The notes below the pieces were generated by a model. It did not search any database. It saw only the letters and a list, made by a program, of their open reading frames with translations, and was not told where the DNA came from. From the NCBI GenBank assembly GCA_963665095.1, contig OY762069.1, positions 1,216,001 to 1,280,000 on the forward strand: a stretch of DNA of 64,000 bases, written 5' to 3'. The DNA comes from an uncultured Desulfobacter sp. (GTDB lineage Bacteria; Desulfobacterota; Desulfobacteria; Desulfobacterales; Desulfobacteraceae). Below, piece after piece: positions 54,706 to 62,762 of the stretch; positions within the stretch are counted from its first letter, which is position 1, and every line of letters starts with the position of its first letter. The translations under genes and the position numbers were made by a program.

Positions 54706-54980
54706 AAAACAAACTGATTGATCTCAACAACCATCTTTTCGAGCAGCTGGAACGGCTGTTTGTCCGTGTGGATGTGCCATCCATTGACGGCAGGCCTGAG
54801 TTTACAAAACTGTATGGCCAGGGCGCTATTTATGGGATCACCTTCACGGATGAGGAAACGGCCACTGCAGCTGCACGGTCCTTTCATCCGAGGCCTATCA
54901 AGGCATGGGAGGCCCGGGACTTACTGGAAGAGCCAAAAGGCTTAAGGCAATCAGACATCCCAGATGACATGCCGTATTAA
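54702..54980 (+). CDS. Phage protein, likely a fusion of two families
   Basis: KNKLIDLNNHLFEQLERL joined directly to FVRVDVP...FTKLYGQGAIYGIT. Confidence 0.55.
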   Translation: MKNKLIDLNNHLFEQLERLFVRVDVPSIDGRPEFTKLYGQGAIYGITFTDEETATAAARSFHPRPIKAWEARDLLEEPKGLRQSDIPDDMPY

Positions 54981-54998
54981 AAAGGAGGCAGACTCCTA

Positions 54999-55172
54999 AT
55001 GGATGATTTTAAAAAAGCAACTGCAAAAACAATAGGCCCAGGTGGGGTGAGATGCCGTTGTTGCAACCCGTTTAGGCAAGGAAAATGGATGAGAAAAAAG
55101 CCGGGGTTAAGCAAGCTGCGAAGATCCAGAATAAAACAACAAGTCAGAGATTTGATAAGGAAAGTACTATGA
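54999..55172 (+). CDS. 57-aa basic phage protein with GPGG.RCRCC motif (not in ORF track)
   Basis: AAGGAGG RBS; stop overlaps the next ATG. Confidence 0.55.
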   Translation: MDDFKKATAKTIGPGGVRCRCCNPFRQGKWMRKKPGLSKLRRSRIKQQVRDLIRKVL

Positions 55173-55462
55173 TCGGAAAAGATGGTGACGTGAATGTCAT
55201 TGAATTTGGGACAGGGGATATCGAAGTGACATCCGGCTTTGCGGATGATCCTGAAATCAATGCCGGCGTGGTCTGTTTTGGCCAAAGTATTCCCGGTGAA
55301 ATTGGCCGGGATATGGAAATTCACGGGGATTATGGATGCAATCCAAAATCAGTTAACCCGCAAGAACATACACGACTAATTTTCAACAATACAAAATCTA
55401 TTGATATTGTCATTGAGCATTTGCTTAAAGCCAAAAAAATCATGCTGGAAGAATCAATTTAA
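55169..55462 (+). CDS. Phage hypothetical protein
   Basis: ATG coupled to upstream stop; EFGTGDI...F.N.KSID.VI..L. Confidence 0.55.
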   Translation: MIGKDGDVNVIEFGTGDIEVTSGFADDPEINAGVVCFGQSIPGEIGRDMEIHGDYGCNPKSVNPQEHTRLIFNNTKSIDIVIEHLLKAKKIMLEESI

Positions 55463-55725
55463 TGGGCTGTACTCCAGCCCGGGAGGAGAAAATAATGCCA
55501 GACCCATTTGCAACAGAACAACTTAAGAAAGACGCCCTATCGGGGTTATTCGACAACGCCACAGCCCCCATGGAAACCCTGGGCTTCATGAGGCCTGAAC
55601 CGTTTGTAGAGACAAAGCCTGAGCCCTATCAGAAAAAGGATGTAAAGATCAAGGAGCTAACGGAACGCGTAGATGCTCTGGAGCGGGAGCGTTGGGAACC
55701 AGTGCATTCAGAACAAAAAGCGTAA
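55462..55725 (+). CDS. Phage hypothetical protein (start may be MPDPF, ~55495)
   Basis: GGAGG RBS upstream of the internal ATG. Confidence 0.5.
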   Translation: MGCTPAREEKIMPDPFATEQLKKDALSGLFDNATAPMETLGFMRPEPFVETKPEPYQKKDVKIKELTERVDALERERWEPVHSEQKA

Positions 55726-55752
55726 TCTTTTGGATAGGAGTTTATTTTTACG

Positions 55753-56439
55753 ATGTTGAATAGACAAGGCCCAGGAAAAATAGACTGGACGGACTGGACC
55801 TGGAACCCGATATCCGGATGCAAGCACGGGTGCCCGTACTGCTATATGCTGCGGATGGAGAAGCGGTTTCCCGGGATCATGAAGCCGGCCTTTAAGCCGG
55901 AATACCTGGACCGGTTCCAGCAGGTCCGCAAGGTGAGATCCGGAGATAAAATATTTGTTGGTTCGTCCGGGGACATGTGGGGCGAATGGGTGCCCAAAGA
56001 ATGGATCCACATTTTCTTTTATAAAGCGGTTCGGAAACGCCCGGATGTGATCTTCCAATTTCTTACCAAAAACCCAGAACGGTATTGGGAATTCGATTTC
56101 AGGGAATACCAGAACTGCTGGTTCGGCACCACGGTGGATGGAACAAAGAGAACTGAGCTGAACATGTCCTGCCTGGTAAACGCCATTGACCGCCAGGGCC
56201 CCAAATTCATTTCCTTTGAGCCGCTTCTGGCTATGCCATCGATTGATATTGATGAATTCAAAGAACTTGACTGGATCATTATCGGTGCTGATTCCACCCC
56301 TGGCGCCGAGCTGCCTCATCTATCCCGTGCGGATGGACTAATCCAACTGGCCAGGGAGAATAATATCCCGGTCTGGGTTAAGGACAATTACAGATATTCG
56401 TATACTATAAAGGAGTTTCCCAAATGTGCGGTGGAATAG
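55753..56439 (+). CDS. Gp37/Gp68 (DUF5131) radical-SAM-like phage protein
   Basis: KIDWTDWTWNPISGCKHGCPYCY, FQFLTKNP, FISFEPLL, DWIIIG. Confidence 0.85.
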   Translation: MLNRQGPGKIDWTDWTWNPISGCKHGCPYCYMLRMEKRFPGIMKPAFKPEYLDRFQQVRKVRSGDKIFVGSSGDMWGEWVPKEWIHIFFYKAVRKRPDVIFQFLTKNPERYWEFDFREYQNCWFGTTVDGTKRTELNMSCLVNAIDRQGPKFISFEPLLAMPSIDIDEFKELDWIIIGADSTPGAELPHLSRADGLIQLARENNIPVWVKDNYRYSYTIKEFPKCAVE

Positions 56440-56636
56440 ATATCGGTTGTGGATATGATTTTAGTCCACCATGGATCGGTTGGAATCCGGGAGAAGGGGA
56501 CCGTCAATCATACACATATTGGATTGACAAAGACCTTTCGGTGTTCACTGATACGCCCCTGACAGATGAAGAACTAGAAGCCATGAAAAAAGCCCCGGAT
56601 TTGGTCCGGCGAATGCTCAAGTTGGAAGATATTTAA
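56424..56636 (+). CDS. Phage hypothetical protein
   Basis: AAGGAG RBS. Confidence 0.45.
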   Translation: MCGGIDIGCGYDFSPPWIGWNPGEGDRQSYTYWIDKDLSVFTDTPLTDEELEAMKKAPDLVRRMLKLEDI

Positions 56637-56638
56637 CG

Positions 56639-57625
56639 ATGCTGGCCAACAACATCAAAATCAAAGATAACCGATCGACTTACCCTGGGGGGAAAGGCGG
56701 ATCCGGTGTTTATCAATCAATAATCAATTTGATTCCACCACATCGGGTTTACATCGAAACCCATTTAGGCGGTGGATCTATCATGAGACATAAACGGCCT
56801 GCCGTCCAAAATATAGGAATCGATCTTGATCCAGCAGTTATTAATGCTTGGGCGAATCTTCCGGAAGATATCATTAAAACTGCTGATGCCCCCAGGGGGG
56901 AAATCGGATCCAACATCACCAAAATGGAGGTGAGGCCCCGGGCAAAATCGACCAGGAACTCCAAAATCGATGATACTGGATCTGGTACCGCATCGACAGA
57001 ATTATCGAGCGGTGATGACAAGCAGTTTTTTACCTTCATTAATGATGATGCGAGCAGCTTTTTAAAAAGATATCGTTTTACAGGAAATGAATTTGTTTAT
57101 GTGGACCCTCCTTATCTTATGGAGACTCGAAAGGGCGGCAAGCTTTATAATTTTGAATACACCACTCAGGATCATGTTGATCTGTTGAATATCTTAAAAA
57201 CCCTGCCATGCATGGTCATGGTTTCAGGCTACTGGTCACCACTCTATTCGTCGATGTTGCCGGCATGGAATACCCACTCATTTGAAGCCCAAACCAGGCA
57301 AGGGCCAGCAACGGAGTGGTTGTGGTTTAATTACCCTGAACCTGAAGAACTTCATGACTATTCGTATCTTGGGGAGACCTTCCGGGAACGAGAACGAATT
57401 AAAAAGAAAAGAGATAGGTGGATTTTACGAATATTGAACACACCTGTGCTTGAAAGGAACGCCCTATTTAAAGAACTGTCTGCCAGCCTGCCAGCAGCAT
57501 CAACAAAAACAATGGTAAGGGCCTGCACCTGTGAAAATGACGGTGCTGCAGCATCATCTAAAAGAAGGATGGCACCAGGTGACACCGTTAAAAGTGGTGG
57601 GTGTGGATCCGGAACGACGGGCTAA
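56639..57625 (+). CDS. D12/Dam-class N6-adenine DNA methyltransferase with no evident target-recognition domain
   Basis: YPGGK, YIETHLGGG, IGIDLD, YVDPPY, VMVSGY, EWLW.NY. Confidence 0.85.
   Translation: MLANNIKIKDNRSTYPGGKGGSGVYQSIINLIPPHRVYIETHLGGGSIMRHKRPAVQNIGIDLDPAVINAWANLPEDIIKTADAPRGEIGSNITKMEVRPRAKSTRNSKIDDTGSGTASTELSSGDDKQFFTFINDDASSFLKRYRFTGNEFVYVDPPYLMETRKGGKLYNFEYTTQDHVDLLNILKTLPCMVMVSGYWSPLYSSMLPAWNTHSFEAQTRQGPATEWLWFNYPEPEELHDYSYLGETFRERERIKKKRDRWILRILNTPVLERNALFKELSASLPAASTKTMVRACTCENDGAAASSKRRMAPGDTVKSGGCGSGTTG
56650..57602. repeat. Dispersed degenerate 20-bp pseudo-palindromes CAYC-N3-(A-rich)6-N3-GRTR within the methyltransferase gene
   Basis: Copies at 56650, 56869, 56914 (19 bp), 56956, 56991, 57498, 57526, 57552, 57583. 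Confidence 0.6.
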
Positions 57626-57667
57626 AGAATAACGAATATCGGGCATTGAATGAAGAGAACCTAAGAC

Positions 57668-57973
57668 TTGACCGAAACCGATTTAAATAAGCTTGCGGAT
57701 TTAATAGCATTAAAGATGCTTGCAGCCGAGGAATGCCTTGACAAGGTACAGGCGTCCGCATATTCTAAAATCGGTCAAAAACGGCTTATCAAGTTGGCAA
57801 AAAATGGTTCCATTGATGGATATCCTGATCCAGAGAATAAAGGGCAGTGGGTATTCTTGAAAAGTTCTCTCAAACGATACCGGCAACGCCAGATAGAGCT
57901 ATACTCTGGCCTCCCCAATGACCAGGAACAGAAAGATGATGAAATAATCGCTAACATCTTGAAGGCAATATGA
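57668..57973 (+). CDS. Excisionase-like protein
   Basis: LDKVQASAYSKIGQKRLIKLAKNGSI.G...GQWVF; immediately upstream of the integrase. Confidence 0.65.
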   Translation: MTETDLNKLADLIALKMLAAEECLDKVQASAYSKIGQKRLIKLAKNGSIDGYPDPENKGQWVFLKSSLKRYRQRQIELYSGLPNDQEQKDDEIIANILKAI

Positions 57974-59010
57974 AAAAACAAAAGGACGGCAATTTCAGGC
58001 TTTTTGGATATCTCATCTTCCAGCGACCGAACGGGTATTATTATATTGAGGTCAAGAGAGGAACTCACAAAACCCTCAGAACCAAAGACCGAAATGAAGC
58101 TGAAAGAATTGCCTTAAAGACCATCCAGGCCATTCTGGACAAGAAAGTCATTGATACCCGCAGGAAAAATGATCCCACCATTAAAGAGTACCTTGAAACA
58201 TATCTTGATACCAGATTGGATAAATCCCAGAAAACGCTCAACAATGACCGGACAGCCGTTAACATGTTCAGGATGGTGGTTGGTGAAAACAAACGGATGC
58301 GTGAGCTGACGGATGCCGATGGGCTTAATTTTAAAAAACACTATATTAATAAGAATGTCTCAAAAGTAACCATCCACACTTACTTTAAGCACCTGTCAGG
58401 ATTTTTTAAATTTGCAATAAACGATAAAGATCTTGATTTTAACAGGTCCCCTCTTCCGGCAAATGTCAAAAAGCCGAAACGGCTTCCAAAGGTCATCCCA
58501 GCCTATGACAGAAAAAAAATTCTAAAGCACCTCCAGAAAACCAACCTGGATCTTTGGCGTATCACAACCTTTGCCCTTTATACAGGCATGCGGCGGGCTG
58601 AGATACATGATCTGGAATGGCAACACTTCACACCGAAGAATGACCCCAAGAAACCAGAGATTGCCGGATCAATCCGGGTGATTGGAAAAGGAGACAAGGA
58701 AAGAAACGTCCCTCTCCTGAAACAGGCTGCTTTTGCCATGGGGGAAGAAGGCAAAGGAAGAATCTTTAAGCAGTGGCACCCGGACACCTACACCCACAAA
58801 TTTCATGATGCCGCAAAAGATATCGGGATAATAACAAATTTCCATCGGCTCCGGCACTCAGCTGCAACCCAAATGGTGGAAGATGGTTTAAGTCTGAAAG
58901 CCATCCAGCAAATTCTTGGGCATACTGATATTTCCACCACCATGATTTATACAGAATTGGTTGACCAGGCCCTTGAAAATGAGATCACAAAATTGAAGTT
59001 TAAGGCCTGA
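57970..59010 (+). CDS. int: Tyrosine integrase
   Basis: TGMRRAEI, GKGDKER, HRLRHS, LGH.DISTT.IY; full catalytic set present; next to attR. Confidence 0.93.
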   Translation: MKKQKDGNFRLFGYLIFQRPNGYYYIEVKRGTHKTLRTKDRNEAERIALKTIQAILDKKVIDTRRKNDPTIKEYLETYLDTRLDKSQKTLNNDRTAVNMFRMVVGENKRMRELTDADGLNFKKHYINKNVSKVTIHTYFKHLSGFFKFAINDKDLDFNRSPLPANVKKPKRLPKVIPAYDRKKILKHLQKTNLDLWRITTFALYTGMRRAEIHDLEWQHFTPKNDPKKPEIAGSIRVIGKGDKERNVPLLKQAAFAMGEEGKGRIFKQWHPDTYTHKFHDAAKDIGIITNFHRLRHSAATQMVEDGLSLKAIQQILGHTDISTTMIYTELVDQALENEITKLKFKA

Positions 59011-59045
59011 AAAATGAGCCGTGGAACACATGTGTGGAACGTTTT

Positions 59046-59067
59046 TTGTTGTAACTTTTGTTGTAAC
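59046..59067. repeat. Putative integrase arm-type sites, right end
   Basis: TTGTTGTAAC at 59046-59055 and 59058-59067. Confidence 0.75.
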
Positions 59068-59107
59068 TCGCCCGAAGAGCCGTATAAAATGGCCACTCGG
59101 CAAACTG

Positions 59108-59164
59108 CTCTTAATCAGTAGGTCCAAGGTTCGATCCCTTGATGGCCCACCACCGAAAATAAAG
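59108..59164 (+). repeat. attR core (duplicated tRNA-Lys 3' half)
   Basis: 57-bp identity with 23007-23063. Confidence 0.95.
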
Positions 59165-59197
59165 GTTCTTCACCGATAAGGTGACGGACCTTTTTTT
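59161..59197 (+). terminator. Original host tRNA terminator
   Basis: AAAGGTTC.TCACC...GGTGA.GGACCTTTTTTT. Confidence 0.65.
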
Positions 59198-59395
59198 ATA
59201 ACTCTGAACTCCTGAAACTCATAACCATCGTTCACCCCGGCTGAAATCAAAAAAATATTAGAAAACTGGACTCAGGATATTTCCTGATACCATCAGACTC
59301 GTTACTCAAGATGTCAACTCGAAAACGAGGATAAACAAATGGCACATAATTGTGAAAAATATAAATTCCGGGCCCAATACGATAACGCTCCGAAA

Positions 59396-59423
59396 TTTTT
59401 TTTTTTGGGGGGGGGGGGGGGGG
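59396..59423. repeat. T11-G17 homopolymer tract
   Basis: T at 59396-59406, G at 59407-59423. Confidence 0.8.
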
Positions 59424-59805
59424 CAATGTTGAAGATGGCATACTAGCTGGTGCCCTGGGTGGAAAAAATACATGACATCGTTGCCTGATAAGGATCGAAC
59501 TCACATAGCAGTTCAGTATCAAATGCAAAAGTTTCAAAGGTAGGGGATCTATTTAGCATCCCCGCTTTTGATATCAATGCCCTATGCCCCACTTGGGATA
59601 CCGGGTCAAATTAACTCCCTAATTTAACTTAAGGGAACGCTAATATCAGGGCTTGGGGGCATGTCATGTTTTTATTGTTTTTTAGATAGTTTTATTATAG
59701 AAATTTTCTACTGGCAGTGGCTTAAACCACGATACTTTTGTTTCTTCTTCAACTTAGGAAATTTACAGCTAATATTAAAAAGATTAAAATTCTGCCAAAC
59801 ATAAA

Positions 59806-60738
59806 ATGAAACCAATTTTTTATTTAATTCTTACTGGTCTGACGTTTCTGGTTGCGTTCCAGGTATATGCCCTTGTCCGGCCGGCATCTGAAAGACCTCA
59901 ACCAGATAAGCTGCTGAACGCTGCGCAAAATAATTCCCAGGAACAGCCCCCTGAGTTGAAGCAGCCCAAACCGGCCCGGTTGAAAAATTTAACGGCAAAT
60001 ATCATCCGACGCAATCTGTTTAATGTGCAGGTAGACAACAGCGCCCCTGACAAGCGCACTGCGCCCAAACCAGTGGACACTCAACCCCTTGAAAAGACAA
60101 ACCTTAAGTTGACCCTGTGGGGAACGGTGACAGGAAAAAATAAAGAAGACGGGTGGGCGGTCATAGAAGATCTTAATAATAAAAAACAGGATCTTTACCG
60201 GGTGAATGACAACATTCAGGGCGGTACCATCCGTACGATCTTAAGAAGCAGGGTCATTCTGACTGTCAACGGAAAGGACCAGATTCTTGAAGCCAGTACC
60301 GATTCTTTTGCGAACAAGCCGGGCCTCAGACGCCCTTCCCGATCAAAAAAGCGTAAACCTTCGGAACCGCCAAAGATTAAAAAACCTGAAAATGCCCAGG
60401 CCCTTATGGAAGAGATGAGTGAAGATGCGCCCCCACCCATTAAAGAGACATCCCAATTTAAAAGCCGGGCCTACTTTAAAGATGGCGAAGCAGCAGGCGT
60501 CATGATATACGGGATAAGGGGGGACTCTGGGGCAAAAGAGCTGGGTCTTAGAAACGGTGACGTTGTTCAGTCCGTTGATGATGTTGAGATAAAAAGCATA
60601 GATGATTTTGAAGCGGTTGCTGAAAGTATTGACGGTGACTCAGATATAACATTAAGTGTCCTTAGACGGGGAAAGCCAAAAGAGATTGTATATAATGCAG
60701 AGGATAAGACCTATGCCATCAATGATGTTGAAGAATAG
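59806..60738 (+). CDS. Type II secretion protein C-like with PDZ domain
   Basis: N-terminal TM, RRNLF, L.LTLWGTV, AVIED...QDLY, LGLRNGDVV.SV, VLRRGK. Confidence 0.8.
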   Translation: MKPIFYLILTGLTFLVAFQVYALVRPASERPQPDKLLNAAQNNSQEQPPELKQPKPARLKNLTANIIRRNLFNVQVDNSAPDKRTAPKPVDTQPLEKTNLKLTLWGTVTGKNKEDGWAVIEDLNNKKQDLYRVNDNIQGGTIRTILRSRVILTVNGKDQILEASTDSFANKPGLRRPSRSKKRKPSEPPKIKKPENAQALMEEMSEDAPPPIKETSQFKSRAYFKDGEAAGVMIYGIRGDSGAKELGLRNGDVVQSVDDVEIKSIDDFEAVAESIDGDSDITLSVLRRGKPKEIVYNAEDKTYAINDVEE

Positions 60739-60792
60739 CCCTTCAACCCATTGTGTTCACGGCACAGGTTATGGCACATATTTTAACGCCGG

Positions 60793-61296
60793 ATGAATTT
60801 CATCAAAAAAACATTCCGGGTTTTCCGGTATTCCCCACTTATCCTGGCAGGGTTATACTTTTGCTCTTCGGCCGGACTCCCGCAGCTTCTATTTGCTCAG
60901 GATGTAAACAAACAGTGCGCCTGCCAGAATGAAAACAGCCGGGGAAACCCAGTAATCCGGCTTTATCAGGAGTATATCTCCGGGGCTGACGGCAACCGTT
61001 GCCCCATGTATCCCTGCTGCTCCAGCTATGCAGCCCAGGCTGTTGAAAAACACGGGCTGTTCATGGGATGGATCATGGCCTGTGATCGTATAGTCAGATG
61101 CGGCAGAGATGAAGCTCATCTCTCCCCTCATGTAACCATCAACGGCAGCAGGCTCATATATGATCCGCTTAAAGCCAACGATTTCTGGTGGTTTTCACCC
61201 AAAACACCTCCCTGCGAAAAAACGTCTCAAAAAATGGATTTTCATTTTACCGCTGTCGAGCAATGCCCGGTCCCTGACCAGGAGACGATTAAGTGA
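60793..61296 (+). CDS. YidD-like membrane protein insertion efficiency factor
   Basis: IRLYQEYIS...RCPMYPCCSSYA..AVEKHG...G......RIVRC. Confidence 0.75.
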   Translation: MNFIKKTFRVFRYSPLILAGLYFCSSAGLPQLLFAQDVNKQCACQNENSRGNPVIRLYQEYISGADGNRCPMYPCCSSYAAQAVEKHGLFMGWIMACDRIVRCGRDEAHLSPHVTINGSRLIYDPLKANDFWWFSPKTPPCEKTSQKMDFHFTAVEQCPVPDQETIK

Positions 61297-62249
61297 GACA
61301 CAAACTTATATTTTCAGCAGTTCTTTTTTTTCTTTTCACCTGTTATGCGGAAAAGACCACGGCATCATCGCCCGAAGACCCGTCCGGTCTTAATATCACT
61401 GCAGATATGCAATTTAACTATGCCCAAAAACTTTTTGACGATAAAGATTATCCGGCAGCCCAGGTAGAGTTTAAACGGTTTATCCGATTTTTCCCCCAAG
61501 ACCCCCGTATGGACCAGGCCGATTACTCGGCAGGGGTGGCTCTTTTTTATTCAAAACAGTTTTATGAGGCAGCCAAATGGTTTGACAGAATCATCCGTCG
61601 GACAGAAAACCCGGATGATCAATGGGCGAGAAATTCATATTTCATGCAAAGCCAGTCATTTGAAGCCATGGGGAATATGGGGTTTGCCCAGATCGTCCTG
61701 CAAAATTTTTTGAAACTGACCCGGAATGATCAGACAAAGGACCGCATTTATATGGAACTCTCCCGTATCCATATTAAAAATACCATGACACCCGGCATTG
61801 ACGAACTGGGTAACGCCCGCAGGAACCTCACCCTTATCAGTCCTGACGCACAACAGGAATTTGAGGTATCCAGACACATTGAAGCTTTAGACAGTGCTGT
61901 GAACGCGCCATCCAAAAGCCCAGCCCTTGCAGGGGTTCTTGCCATTATCCCCGGTGGCGGCATGCTTTACTGCCAAAGATATAAAGATGCCCTGGCCAGT
62001 TTCTGCCTCAATACCGGGTTAATCTGGGCGGCGTGGACTGCCTTTGACCACGACAATCCAGCCCTGGGGGCGGTGATTACATTTGTGGAAACAGGATTTT
62101 ACTCCGGCAATATTTACGGTTCCATTACAGCCGCCCACAAGTACAACAAGGCAGCCCAGATCAGGATTTTAAACAGGGCATTTAATCTTCATCCCGGCTT
62201 TGATCCCTTAACCCGCTCCTTTTCCATGACGCTGAGCTGCCCGTTTTAA
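61293..62249 (+). CDS. TPR (BamD/YfiO-like) protein with C-terminal membrane segment
   Basis: FNYA..LF...DY.AA..EFKRF..FFP; KSPALAGVLAIIPGGG.LY. Confidence 0.7.
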   Translation: MRHKLIFSAVLFFLFTCYAEKTTASSPEDPSGLNITADMQFNYAQKLFDDKDYPAAQVEFKRFIRFFPQDPRMDQADYSAGVALFYSKQFYEAAKWFDRIIRRTENPDDQWARNSYFMQSQSFEAMGNMGFAQIVLQNFLKLTRNDQTKDRIYMELSRIHIKNTMTPGIDELGNARRNLTLISPDAQQEFEVSRHIEALDSAVNAPSKSPALAGVLAIIPGGGMLYCQRYKDALASFCLNTGLIWAAWTAFDHDNPALGAVITFVETGFYSGNIYGSITAAHKYNKAAQIRILNRAFNLHPGFDPLTRSFSMTLSCPF

Positions 62250-62269
62250 TACGGAAAATCTTAAAAAAC

Positions 62270-62731
62270 TCAACCAAACAAAGACAGAAGACGGTTTGCC
62301 GTCACCCTGGCAGAGATACTGGATCGTGTATTATCACTGATATCAAGGCTGCCGGCCCGCAGAAACGGAGATAAGGCATATGCTTCACACACCTTGATCT
62401 CGTATGCGTTGCGAAGCTTTTTAAATGAAAGTTCCACTTCGGGATATTCGTTGGACTGGCGGAACGGCAATCGGATGAAGCCCCTGGTATACCCGTCCTT
62501 AAAATAAGGAACCTGGAGAACATGAAAGTCTTCAGGGTGCCACGACAGAGCCCGTTCATTCTCGCCGGGCATGCAATAGCTTAAATGGGAGTTGGGAATT
62601 CGGGGGATCAGGCTTTCCACCTGAACAGCATGGATGGCCAGCTCTTTTTCAAATGCTTCAAGCGTCAGCTCATAGCTGAGCTGTGGCCTGAAATGGCCCC
62701 TTTTCTTAGTAATCTGCCAGTCGATTTTCAT
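62270..62731 (-). CDS. Conserved hypothetical protein
   Basis: ATG at 62731 (MKIDWQITKKRGHFRP) lies just downstream of the vWA gene stop. Confidence 0.65.
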   Translation of the reverse strand: MKIDWQITKKRGHFRPQLSYELTLEAFEKELAIHAVQVESLIPRIPNSHLSYCMPGENERALSWHPEDFHVLQVPYFKDGYTRGFIRLPFRQSNEYPEVELSFKKLRNAYEIKVCEAYALSPFLRAGSLDISDNTRSSISARVTANRLLSLFG

Positions 62732-62762
62732 CTCTTTCTTCCCATATAATAATTGTAAAACC

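Larger units (their letters stand above)
23007..59164. mobile_element. ~36 kb prophage-like element integrated at tRNA-Lys, lacking recognisable head/tail genes
   Basis: 57-bp terminal direct repeat, integrase next to the right repeat, cI/cro, replication, recombination and terminase genes. Confidence 0.93.

Noticed and set aside
56650..57602. CRISPR array interpretation of the MTase repeats
   Set aside because: Repeats are highly degenerate, spacers short and irregular, inside an ORF, and no cas genes are present
59108..59152. Second tRNA-Lys gene
   Set aside because: Only the 3' half is present (no acceptor 5' strand or D arm); it is attR
23007..59164. Diversity-generating retroelement or retron in the prophage
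   Set aside because: No reverse transcriptase motif and no template/variable repeat pair seen
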